Assembly: GCA_964619425.1 (NCBI GenBank)
Contig: CAZUDS010000001.1
Location: 1 to 26,571, forward strand
Reading direction: 5' to 3'
Source: an uncultured Candidatus Saccharibacteria bacterium
GTDB taxonomy: Bacteria > Patescibacteriota > Minisyncoccia > Minisyncoccales > CAZUDS01
DNA: 26,571 bases
Within the stretch, counting starts at the first letter, position 1, and each line of letters opens with the position of its first letter. This document shows positions 1-7,812 of the stretch, in pieces. The position numbers were made by a program, and so were the translations under genes. A model generated the notes under the pieces. The model searched no databases and had not been told where the DNA came from. It saw only the letters and a list, made by a program, of their open reading frames with translations.

Positions 1-9
1 TACATAGTA

Positions 10-57
10 ATTCGCGTGTGCCTATTCGTTAAGGCATTCGCATACTGACATTCGCGT
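10..57. repeat. ATTCGC-type tandem repeat arm (4 units, 12-14 bp spacing); partner arm presumably left of the window
   Basis: attcgcgt at 10, attcgtt at 24, attcgcat at 36, attcgcgt at 50; same motif as the GxxExxY flank at 7322-7337. Confidence 0.6.
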
Positions 58-108
58 ATTGGCGTCGGGTTATTTTATTTTAGACCTTTTTAATATTTTG
101 GCAAATAT

Positions 109-1374
109 TTATTCCACAGTTGGTAGGGTAAAATGAAAGGTGCTTCCTTTTCCCTCCTCGGACTCAAACCAAATTTTTCCTCCATGGGCTTCAATAATGT
201 TTTTAGCAATGAAAAGGCCAAGGCCTGAGCCGGTTGTTTCCATTCTCATAATATTAGCCCCTCTGAAAAATTTTGTAAATACCCTTTCTTGCTGGTCCTT
301 CGAAATACCGACTCCCGTATCTTTAATTTCAAACTCTATTTCCTTTATACCTTTTTTCAAAGAAATTGTCATCCTTCCGCCTGGCATTGTATATTTAATT
401 GCATTATCAAGAAAATTTTGGACAACTAATTTTATCTTTTCCACATCCACCCGAACTTGAGGAAGCTTTTCTAGGGGGATGAGAAAACCAAAGTTAATCT
501 GCCGTCTTGATATCTCCTCTTTAAAAACATCTATTACCTCTTGACAAATCTTTTCAAACTGAACCGAAGTCAGCTTAAAAACATATCTTCCTTCCTCGAT
601 CCGAGCCACATTTAAGAGGTCGTTGATTAAACCAATCATTCTTTCATTGGACTGATAGGTTTTTTCAAGGAAGCCCAACTGCTCCTTGGTAAGCTTTCCT
701 AGATCTCCTTCCAAAAGCATCCGCAAGGTCCATTTAATTGCTGAAAGAGGCGTTCTCAGCTGATGAGCGGCGATAGAAACAAATTCGGTTTTCATCCTCT
801 CAATATGTTTTTCCCGGGTAACATCATGTAAAATTAACAAGGTGCCGATTTTTTTTCCTCCCTCTCCGGAAATAGGAAGCGAGCTTACTTCTAAAATTAG
901 ATTCTCGGCAATTTTTAACTTTTCTCTAAAAATTCTTTCAGGTTTCTTTTCTAAAAAGTCCAATAAAATCTTTAATTTAGGAAATTCCTTGAGAGCAGGA
1001 ACTTTTTTGCCGATAACTTCTTTGGCCTTTGCTTCAAAAAAAATTTTTGCCTGAGGATTAAAAATTGTTAAAACTAACTCATTGTCAAAAAATAAAAGAG
1101 CGTCAGCAAAATGATAAATAATTGCCTGGGTTTTATTTTTTTCTTCTTCAGCCCTTTTCCTGGCTTCTTCCACATCTTCCAAAATATTCATTAGGGCTCT
1201 TCTTGATTCTTCTAATCCTTTGGTTTTTGCTTGCGATTGCTGAAATTCTTCTTCTCTTTTTTCTCCAGGCAGAGTTAACTCCAGATCTCGCCTAACCAAC
1301 ATTTTAGCGATTCGGCCTGATTCTTGGGTTTCTCTTTCTCTTTTCTTAATTTTTTTAGTCAATTTTTCTTCCAT
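109..1374 (-). CDS. Cytoplasmic sensor histidine kinase (coiled coil - PAS - HisKA - HATPase_c), no transmembrane segment
   Basis: H box [13 protein letters not shown] box [11 protein letters not shown]1 DTGVGI, F box VFTKFFRG, G2 GSGLGL; PAS-like stretch ending HDVTREK. Confidence 0.95.
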   Translation of the reverse strand: MEEKLTKKIKKRERETQESGRIAKMLVRRDLELTLPGEKREEEFQQSQAKTKGLEESRRALMNILEDVEEARKRAEEEKNKTQAIIYHFADALLFFDNELVLTIFNPQAKIFFEAKAKEVIGKKVPALKEFPKLKILLDFLEKKPERIFREKLKIAENLILEVSSLPISGEGGKKIGTLLILHDVTREKHIERMKTEFVSIAAHQLRTPLSAIKWTLRMLLEGDLGKLTKEQLGFLEKTYQSNERMIGLINDLLNVARIEEGRYVFKLTSVQFEKICQEVIDVFKEEISRRQINFGFLIPLEKLPQVRVDVEKIKLVVQNFLDNAIKYTMPGGRMTISLKKGIKEIEFEIKDTGVGISKDQQERVFTKFFRGANIMRMETTGSGLGLFIAKNIIEAHGGKIWFESEEGKGSTFHFTLPTVE

Positions 1375-1435
1375 CCCATTAGAAATTAATTTACCCCGTT
1401 AGAAAAATTAAAAACACTGCAAAATTTCTAACGGG
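1375..1435. repeat. CCCCGTTA...TAACGGGG palindromic element, copy 1
   Basis: cccgttagaaa (1395-1405) and tttctaacggg (1425-1435) form an 11-bp perfect IR; extra degenerate arm cccattagaaatt at 1375-1387. Confidence 0.85.
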
Positions 1436-1610
1436 ATTCATTAAAAAATAAACTGCCCCGAGTTACTGGCTTAACTTGCTAATTTTGCCCAAGACCAAAC
1501 ACTTCATTGCAATGACAATATCACGAATTAAAAGTTCGGGAGAACCTTCAACGTTCTGTGTTTAATTTTAGGGATGCCCGCCACATTTGCTTCTTTTATG
1601 CTTTTGGCAA

Positions 1611-1699
1611 CCCCTACTAGAGGATTATTCTTTTTATTTCTTTGCCAAGGCCTTATAGCTCTTTGTCTTTTTTCTTTACCGCTATAATCTCTAACGGGG
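1611..1699. repeat. CCCCGTTA-family palindromic element, copy 2 (degenerate)
   Basis: cccctactagaggattat (1611-1628) versus ataatctctaacgggg (1684-1699), an imperfect IR with a taacgggg terminus. Confidence 0.6.
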
Positions 1700-1706
1700 C
1701 AAAGAA

Positions 1707-3161
1707 TTATTCTTTTCCTTCCGACTCATTATTAAGTTTCTTTTTTAATTCCTCAAGTTCTTTCTTAATCTCTATCATTCTGAGTTCCCGGCCAATAGCC
1801 AACTTATTAAATTTTTCCAATTCTTCCATTTTTTCTTGAATCTCCCTTGTTTTTTCTTTTACCTGTTTATCAAGGCTTACGGCAAGTTCTTTTAATTCTT
1901 TTGTTCTCTCTTTAACTTTTACTTCTAAAATATCTCGCGCCTCTTTTACTTGATTGAAAGACGAATTAAAGGCCTCTTCTAATTCTTTAAATTCTTGGTA
2001 ATGCTTGGAAATCTCTATTTTTTTATCTTCTTTTTTGGTTTTTAGTTGACCAATAAAAGATGTAATTGGATAAACTAATTTCTTTCGTATTAAAAGATAG
2101 AAAGAACCAAAAATTATCAAAAAGGAAAGAAGGACTATTAAAATTAAACCAATTAAAAAATTTTTTTGCTCTAAATAGGCATCTATTTCCATACTTATCC
2201 CCCTCAAAGAAGCAAAATTTCCATAATCATCCAACTCCAACCAATAAACAACTCTATAATAAGCGCTTGTTTCGTCGTGGTGTGTCAGTTTGATTTCTTC
2301 AACAGTATATTCTTCCAGGACAAAGTTTTCTGTTTTCCATTCTAATTCTTTGCCAATTATTTTTTCTCTTCTCTCTTCTGCTGCTGCAACCAAGGCCTGA
2401 CTTGGCTTTATTTTCTCAGCGCTTTTTGGCGCAAAAAAGGAACCAACCACCTCTCCTGTTGGAAGAATTGCCGTAAAGGCGACGCCCGTTACCGCTTTAA
2501 TTGCCCCAACTAATTCTTTATGTTCGTTGACAAAAGAAACCCTAATTAAAACCCCGACCTGTTTATCATTTTCTTTGTCTATTACCGGGGTCATAATAGT
2601 TAAGCCCATTCCCGGCAGACCAAAACGATCGTAACCCTCTCTTCTCAAAAAATTTCTGTCATAGATTATTTTTCTAACGTCCACATTGCCATTCAAGGCC
2701 ATAGTAAGAGCTTGCTCAAAGGCGGAAGAAGGAATCCAACCATCTTTAATATGTCCTTCTTGAGCCAACTCTATTCTTTTCTTTCCCACCAATTCTCCTC
2801 TCGCCACAATAAACCCTTCTTGGTCAATAACCAACAGAACATCGCTGTCCAAAAGCACTCCAACTCTTTCCTCCCTTTCTTCTATTTGTATAAGACCTTC
2901 AAGAACCTCTTTTTTACCTCCGATCTCCAATAATTCTACTATCTCCTTGGCGACAATATAGTCGTTCAAACGAGCTTGTTTTAGTGTGCTTGATATTAGT
3001 ATATCCGCTTTTTCTATGTGAGTGATATGATGTTTTTCAATGGTTGTTCTTTGTGTTTCTATGAAAACCCAAAAGAAAAAAACAAAAACGACAGATAGTA
3101 TTAAAAAGCTAATAATAAATCTTCTTTGAACGCTTTTATCTATTTTTGGTAATTTAGCCAT
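1707..3161 (-). CDS. Membrane sensor protein: TM - extracytoplasmic Cache-like domain - TM - HAMP-like/coiled-coil tail, no kinase domain
   Basis: Two hydrophobic helices (FIISFLILSVVFVFFFWVFI; FLIGLILIVLLSFLIIFGSFYLLI), Cache-like motifs LLVIDQEGFIVAR and TPVIDKENDKQVGVL, terminal coiled coil FNKLAIGRELRMIEIKKEL. Confidence 0.8.
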   Translation of the reverse strand: MAKLPKIDKSVQRRFIISFLILSVVFVFFFWVFIETQRTTIEKHHITHIEKADILISSTLKQARLNDYIVAKEIVELLEIGGKKEVLEGLIQIEEREERVGVLLDSDVLLVIDQEGFIVARGELVGKKRIELAQEGHIKDGWIPSSAFEQALTMALNGNVDVRKIIYDRNFLRREGYDRFGLPGMGLTIMTPVIDKENDKQVGVLIRVSFVNEHKELVGAIKAVTGVAFTAILPTGEVVGSFFAPKSAEKIKPSQALVAAAEERREKIIGKELEWKTENFVLEEYTVEEIKLTHHDETSAYYRVVYWLELDDYGNFASLRGISMEIDAYLEQKNFLIGLILIVLLSFLIIFGSFYLLIRKKLVYPITSFIGQLKTKKEDKKIEISKHYQEFKELEEAFNSSFNQVKEARDILEVKVKERTKELKELAVSLDKQVKEKTREIQEKMEELEKFNKLAIGRELRMIEIKKELEELKKKLNNESEGKE

Positions 3162-3241
3162 ATTTTAAGAATCTTTAGTTAGAGATACGATTGATTATTT
3201 AATTCTATCATACTTCCAAATTTCCACCAAGCTAAACTTAT

Positions 3242-3256
3242 ACAGGTCTGACCTGT
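3242..3256. repeat. Short perfect palindrome (REP-like)
   Basis: acaggtc-t-gacctgt, 7-bp arms with a 1-nt centre. Confidence 0.55.
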
Positions 3257-3264
3257 GGCTATTT

Positions 3265-3345
3265 ACCCCGTTAGAAAGTTGTTTTTCAAGTCCGTAGAAA
3301 TGATGTCTGTTTAGTTGATGGGCAATGCGGGCTTTCTAACGGGGT
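3265..3345. repeat. CCCCGTTA-family palindromic element, copy 3
   Basis: accccgttagaaag (3265-3278) and ctttctaacggggt (3332-3345) form a perfect 14-bp IR with a 53-bp loop; abuts the stop codon at 3346. Confidence 0.9.
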
Positions 3346-4290
3346 TTATGGTAACCTTTCTATTAAACTAAAAAATTCAAATTTCTTTAAAATTTGAGTG
3401 GCTTTTTCTTTTTTATAATTTTCCCATTGGCATTCTTTTAAGTTAAAATCCAAAGGCACATTTTTGTGTATCTCGGCTAAATCCCTGCTGAAAAAGGCCT
3501 GCTCTTTGTATTCTTCGAGCTTCACTCGAAGACGCTGATTTACGCTGATTAGCACTGCCTTCGGCAGTGGCCGCTGATTTGATGCTGAATATAAGCTTTC
3601 TAAGCTACCGAATTCTTTAATTAATTTAATGGCGGTCTTCTCCCCTATCCCGGGCACACCAGGAATATTATCTGAAGGGTCGCCCTTTAAGGCCTTGAAG
3701 TCAACTAATTGCTCGGGGTTTAAGCCATATCTTTTTTTAACTGCCTCTTCATCATACAAAACAGTATCTTTTAGTCCTTTTTTAAAAGTATAGACCTTGG
3801 TGTTTTCATCAATTAATTGAAGGGTATCTAAGTCGCCGCTAAGAATAATATTTTCCACTAGAGAATAAGCTTGTCCCGCGCCAGAGATTTCGTTTTGGCG
3901 CAAGGCAGATCTTTTAACCGACTCTTTACTCAAGGTGCCAATAAGGTCATCGGCTTCGTATCCCTCTTTTTCAAAAACAGCAACATTAAATGCCTTTAAT
4001 ATCTCTTTTACCTTTGGAATTTGTTGGACTAATCCCTCCGGGGTTTTGGGTCTTTTTGCCTTATATTCTTTAAATTTTTGATGGCGAAAAGTAGGCGCTG
4101 GCAAATCAAAGCAAGCAGCTATAAAATCTGGCTTTAGTTCTCTGATGGCCTTAAAAAAAACCAATAAAAATCCATAAGCGGCATTGACCAATTCCCCTTT
4201 CTTGGTAGTCAAGGGAGGCAGAGCATGATAGGCCCGATGAATTAAAGCATTGCTGTCAATAATAATAAGCCGTTTTTTTTCTTTAGTCAT
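3346..4290 (-). CDS. 5'-3' exonuclease / flap endonuclease (PolA N-terminal domain, without the polymerase domain)
   Basis: IIDSNALIHRAYHA, CFD, GYEADDLIGTL, SGDLD, KGDPSDNIPGVPGIGEKTA (H3TH); ends at 314 aa. Confidence 0.92.
   Translation of the reverse strand: MTKEKKRLIIIDSNALIHRAYHALPPLTTKKGELVNAAYGFLLVFFKAIRELKPDFIAACFDLPAPTFRHQKFKEYKAKRPKTPEGLVQQIPKVKEILKAFNVAVFEKEGYEADDLIGTLSKESVKRSALRQNEISGAGQAYSLVENIILSGDLDTLQLIDENTKVYTFKKGLKDTVLYDEEAVKKRYGLNPEQLVDFKALKGDPSDNIPGVPGIGEKTAIKLIKEFGSLESLYSASNQRPLPKAVLISVNQRLRVKLEEYKEQAFFSRDLAEIHKNVPLDFNLKECQWENYKKEKATQILKKFEFFSLIERLP
3532..3590. repeat. CGCTGAT decamer repeat arm with internal hairpin, inserted in frame in the exonuclease gene
   Basis: acgctgattt acgctgatta - cactgcc ttc ggcagtg hairpin - ccgctgattt gatgctgaat; encodes SASNQRPLPKAVLISVNQR. 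Confidence 0.8.
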
Positions 4291-4378
4291 GTTTTCATTT
4301 TAACACAAAATAAAAAGAATTTCTCAAAAAAACTATTAATATAAATCCTATTTCTCCTATTGTTAAAGTAACTCTTCC

Positions 4379-4408
4379 CAGGGATCGGGTCCCTGGACCC
4401 GATCCCTG
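4379..4408. repeat. REP-like 30-bp palindrome downstream of the transposase
   Basis: cagggatcgggtcc-ct-ggacccgatccctg, perfect 14-bp arms. Confidence 0.95.
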
Positions 4409-4413
4409 TTTTT

Positions 4414-5124
4414 TTATTCTAGGGCGAGATCGGGAAACTTTTTGATTTTTCCTTTATATTGTATCCAATAATCCACAAATTTCTTCCAATCTTTTGGTTC
4501 CATTATCTTTAAAAGAAAATCTCTATCCGTGACTGAGGGAAAATTCTTTTTGCCAATATAGTCAGGATAACTTGACCATTTATAGTTTTCTAGAAATTCA
4601 ATAACTTTCTCTGGCTTTGTTATTTCTTCTTCTTTCCAGTTTGGCTCTACAAGGGCCACAGGATTAGTATGAATATATACAAAGACCGTTTTTAGCTGTT
4701 CATCATTTTTAATGTGAATAGCGCCAAATCTGCTTTGAAAAACATGTCCCATGCGATTATATTTTTTATTTAAATAACCTCCGTAGCCAGCACCCAGTTT
4801 CTGCATAAATTTTGAAATTCCCCCTTCTTTTATTTGTTTTAATAATAAATGAATATGATTCGGCATAAAACAAAAGGTCAAAATTTCCACCAACTTATCC
4901 CTTTTATCAACAACAGGAATCAAACCCTTGCTGGATTTTTTGAAACGGGCACGGGCCTCTCTCCGTTCTCTTATAGTAATTAGTCTTGTGGTATTGAACT
5001 CGTAGATAGAAAAAATCCCTCTGTAGTAATCATTAATGTCTTTGAAAACCAAATTCTCATCAATCCCCCTCAAGACAACATGATAAATTTCATCATTAAC
5101 AAATTGTTGGCGTCTATAAGGCAT
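4414..5124 (-). mobile_element. REP-associated tyrosine (HUH/Y1) transposase, RAYT / IS200-like
   Basis: IYHVVLRG, HUH motif FMPNHIHLLL, GHVFQSRF, catalytic Tyr region YIHTNP, YKWSSY; ATG start at 5124 preferred over TTG at 5139; flanked by palindromes. Confidence 0.92.
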
Positions 5125-5144
5125 AACTAGAATCCCCAAGCCCC

Positions 5145-5174
5145 CAGGGATCGGGTCCAGGGACCCGATCCCTG
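5145..5174. repeat. REP-like 30-bp palindrome upstream of the transposase
   Basis: cagggatcgggtcc-ag-ggacccgatccctg, arms identical to 4379-4408. Confidence 0.95.
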
Positions 5175-5178
5175 TTTT

Positions 5179-5724
5179 TTATTTTAGCATGGAGTTGTGA
5201 TTCTTTGAAATTGTAATTTTTCTTGTTTTTTTGTCAAGAAAATCGAAGTGTAGGCAGATTGTATTTTTTGGTAGTATCTTACCAAGCCGCTCTGCCCACT
5301 CAATAGCCACAATATTTTGAGGGTCAGAGATTATTTTTTTGAAACCCAAAACCAAAATCTCTTTTGGTTTCTCAACTCGATAACAGTCGATGTGATAGAG
5401 AGTAGAGGGTAGAGAGTAGAGAGTAGAGGATAGAGGGTGGCGCGTAGTTTTTTTTCTACCTTCTACTTTCCGCTCTCCACTTTCTATTTGAAATTTTCGC
5501 ATGATAATAAATGTCGGACTCAAAATTTTCTCTTTTACTCCCAGGCCCTTAGCAAAACCCTGCAAAAAAGTTGTTTTCCCTCCTCCTAAATCACCGAGCA
5601 AAGCCAAAACAACTGCGTTTTTTCGCAATTCTTTTCTTAAGATCTCTTTTGCTAAATTTTGTCCTAATTTTCTTGTCTCTCCGGGTAAAAAAGTGATAAA
5701 TTGGCTTCGTCTTGTTTTTGACAT
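5179..5724 (-). CDS. tsaE: tRNA threonylcarbamoyladenosine biosynthesis ATPase TsaE, with a repeat-derived insertion
   Basis: LLGDLGGGKTTF (Walker A), SPTF, YHIDCYR, IEWAE. Confidence 0.95.
   Translation of the reverse strand: MSKTRRSQFITFLPGETRKLGQNLAKEILRKELRKNAVVLALLGDLGGGKTTFLQGFAKGLGVKEKILSPTFIIMRKFQIESGERKVEGRKKTTRHPLSSTLYSLPSTLYHIDCYRVEKPKEILVLGFKKIISDPQNIVAIEWAERLGKILPKNTICLHFDFLDKKTRKITISKNHNSMLK
5396..5488. repeat. Inverted heptamer arrays inside tsaE (TAGAGRR x6 / YTCYRYY x5)
   Basis: tagagag tagaggg tagagag tagagag tagagga tagaggg (5396-5437) and ttctacc ttctact ttccgct ctccact ttctatt (5454-5488). Confidence 0.88.
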
Positions 5725-5868
5725 ATTTTCTGCTTTAAGACCATATAAAAGTAAAAGGCGCGGGAGCCGGATAAAATTCTTATTTACTTTGAATTACGAA
5801 ATGGAAATTTTTAAGGATGAACAGTTATCTACGCCCTTTTTGAGCGCAAAGATCCCACTGAGGGTTAT

Positions 5869-6888
5869 TTATTTCTTAGTTATAACAGATTTCCGCAAGA
5901 GCCAAGTTAAGACACGGGATTTAATCCATGCTTTGATTAGGAAAAAAAAGCCAATAAAAACCAAGGATAATTCGGCGGCTCTTAAAATTAAACTGAAAAC
6001 GGCTCCCAAGTCCGCTCCCAAGCCCAAAACCCCAAAAGTAAAGGTCTGGCTTAATTCCAAGCCACCTAAGGCCGCTGGCAAAGGCAAAGCATAAGCCATA
6101 TGAACAAAAGCGAAAATAGCCAGGGCCTGAAAGCCGTTAATGACAGTCCCCCCTAAAAAGAAGATAATAAGCCAAAATCTGGCTAAGTCCAAAAAAGCGG
6201 CCAAAAGGGTAAGTCCTAATCCTTGCCACATTACTTTATTTTTCGGCTTAAAAAAAGAAAAAATCTCTTCTTCTGTTTCAATAATTGCCTGATTGTTATG
6301 GTTCAAAGTAACATTTCTGCTAAAAATTTTTAAAAAATAAGCCAAAATGCTTTTTCTTCGGAAGCTCCGGTAATAAAAAAGGATTAAAACCACGGCTACG
6401 GCTAAAATAATAAAAGCAGAGATTAAAACAATCCCCTCTGAAGGTAAGCCCACTAAAAATAAAAAGGCAAAAAAGCCAAAGATTAAAAACAAAAGAATAA
6501 TACTCAAACTTAAAATTCTGAAGATAGCAACCGAAGCGAGGCTTTTTTGCCAAGGGAGAGAAAACTTTTTTCTCAAGCCCAGGGCCATAAAAATTCCTCC
6601 GCCAAGAAGGGCAATCGGCGTAAGATAAGTAATAGCAAAACCAACCGACCAAATCTCGCCTAAGCCCTTTAGAGAGAAATTATAGCCCTGTGTTCTTAAA
6701 ATAAATCGCCACCGCCAAATGTGAAAAATAGCTATCAATAAAGTTAATAAAAAAATTGCTATTCCCTGCCAACTCCTAAATAAGAGAAGGGGCTGTAAAA
6801 TCGCTTGCCAGCCAATCCTTCCTATAACTAACCAAAAAACGCCAACGCCAATTCCTAAAGAAAGTAAAAAAAGGAAGAGTTTTTTCAT
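5869..6888 (-). CDS. Lysylphosphatidylglycerol synthase TM-domain (UPF0104/flippase-like) membrane protein
   Basis: Multiple TM helices; RWRFIL, YLTPIALLGGG, SVAIFR, LPLPAALGGLE motifs typical of LPG_synthase_TM. Confidence 0.85.
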   Translation of the reverse strand: MKKLFLFLLSLGIGVGVFWLVIGRIGWQAILQPLLLFRSWQGIAIFLLTLLIAIFHIWRWRFILRTQGYNFSLKGLGEIWSVGFAITYLTPIALLGGGIFMALGLRKKFSLPWQKSLASVAIFRILSLSIILLFLIFGFFAFLFLVGLPSEGIVLISAFIILAVAVVLILFYYRSFRRKSILAYFLKIFSRNVTLNHNNQAIIETEEEIFSFFKPKNKVMWQGLGLTLLAAFLDLARFWLIIFFLGGTVINGFQALAIFAFVHMAYALPLPAALGGLELSQTFTFGVLGLGADLGAVFSLILRAAELSLVFIGFFFLIKAWIKSRVLTWLLRKSVITKK

Positions 6889-6898
6889 AAATAATATA

Positions 6899-6937
6899 AT
6901 GCGAATGATGCGAATGGTATTCGAATGCTGCGAATAG
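6899..6937. repeat. GCGAAT repeat arm downstream of the GxxExxY gene
   Basis: atgcgaatg atgcgaatg gtattcgaatg ctgcgaatag; abuts the stop codon at 6938-6940. Confidence 0.88.
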
Positions 6938-7339
6938 CTATTTTATATCTCGGTTTAGAACTCTTTTAGGGTAAAGATATTTTTGACGAAAATTAACAAT
7001 TAAACCTAATTTTTTATTACAAGAGACAAGGTACCGACGTAACTGAAAATAATCATCTTTTGCTATAAAGGGTTTTGCCTTTATCTCTAAAACAATTCTA
7101 TCGTCAATAATAAAATCGGGAATATTTCTTTCTTCTTTTTCTCCCTTAAAAGAAGGAGGTAATGCTTTTTCACGTACATATCCTATCTTATTTTCTTTTA
7201 ATAATTCCTCTATCGCGTCAGCATATTGCCTCTCGTTTCTATATCTCCCTAATTTATTATGAACATAAAAACAGAGACCACAAGTTTTATAAGATAATTC
7301 GGGATGGACTATATTGTTTTTTATTCGCAGCATTCGCAT
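6938..7339 (-). CDS. GxxExxY family protein (PD-(D/E)XK nuclease-like)
   Basis: LGRYRNERQY, PDFIIDDRIVLEIKA, QLRRYL, LGLIVNF. Confidence 0.92.
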   Translation of the reverse strand: MRMLRIKNNIVHPELSYKTCGLCFYVHNKLGRYRNERQYADAIEELLKENKIGYVREKALPPSFKGEKEERNIPDFIIDDRIVLEIKAKPFIAKDDYFQLRRYLVSCNKKLGLIVNFRQKYLYPKRVLNRDIK

Positions 7340-7344
7340 TTCAT
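7322..7344. repeat. ATTCGC repeat arm upstream of, and overlapping the start of, the GxxExxY gene
   Basis: tattcgcagcattcg (7322-7336) is the exact reverse complement of cgaatgctgcgaata (6922-6936). Confidence 0.85.
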
Positions 7345-7357
7345 TTGTAGATTGGCA

Positions 7358-7564
7358 TTAAATAGCTTTAATTAAATCCCGGAGCAGTTTTTGAAGGTCA
7401 ATTTGGTGAACTTCGGCTGCTTCTTCCAGGGTCTCTGTTTGAGCGGCCGGGCAACCAATGCAATGAAAGCCGTAATCAATAAAAACAAAAATGCTCTTAG
7501 GGTATTTTTTAATAATCTCGCCAATAGTCATTTTCTTAGTTATTTTTGATCTTCTTTGGCTCAT
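7358..7564 (-). CDS. DUF1858 (hybrid-cluster-associated redox disulfide) small protein
   Basis: ITKKMTIGEIIKKYP, GFHCIGCPAAQTETLEEAAEVHQID. Confidence 0.9.
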   Translation of the reverse strand: MSQRRSKITKKMTIGEIIKKYPKSIFVFIDYGFHCIGCPAAQTETLEEAAEVHQIDLQKLLRDLIKAI

Positions 7565-7585
7565 AGATACATTATAGCTTATTTT

Positions 7586-7687
7586 GCCCCGTTACTCATA
7601 ATTATTGTAGATAGATTCAAACTATTTGCCCTATTACATTATAAATCTCTGTAATTGTCCAGTAGCTGGATTTATGAGTAACGGGGC
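7586..7687. repeat. CCCCGTTA-family palindromic element, copy 4
   Basis: gccccgttactcataa (7586-7601) and ttatgagtaacggggc (7672-7687) form a perfect 16-bp IR with a 70-bp loop. Confidence 0.9.
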
Positions 7688-7752
7688 TTTATATAAACCA
7701 AAAACACCGCTTGGTCTGGTGGTGCTTTTGGAATGATTTCGGAGCAAAACGT

Positions 7753-7788
7753 CTGCCCCGCTGCTCATAATTATAAGTAACGAGGCAG
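7753..7788. repeat. CCCCGTTA-family element, copy 5 (loop-less, degenerate sister of copy 4)
   Basis: ctgccccgctgctcataa|ttataagtaacgaggcag; 4 mismatches in 18 bp, 3 of them G-T wobbles on the minus strand. Confidence 0.75.
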
Positions 7789-7812
7789 TGACCGGATTTA
7801 TAGATAACAGGT

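Noticed and set aside
92-109. Intrinsic terminator after the kinase
   Set aside because: The stem aatattt/aaatatt is purely A/T and too weak to call
1440-1610. c-di-GMP-I riboswitch upstream of the kinase
   Set aside because: Isolated GGCAAA and GCCAG words are present, but the GNRA/receptor stems and GACGCAAAG core could not be placed
1395-7687. Integron attC sites for the GTTA...TAAC palindromes
   Set aside because: Arm order is GTT first and AAC last, the reverse of attC (RYYYAAC...GTTRRRY); no integrase; the flanking genes are not cassette-like
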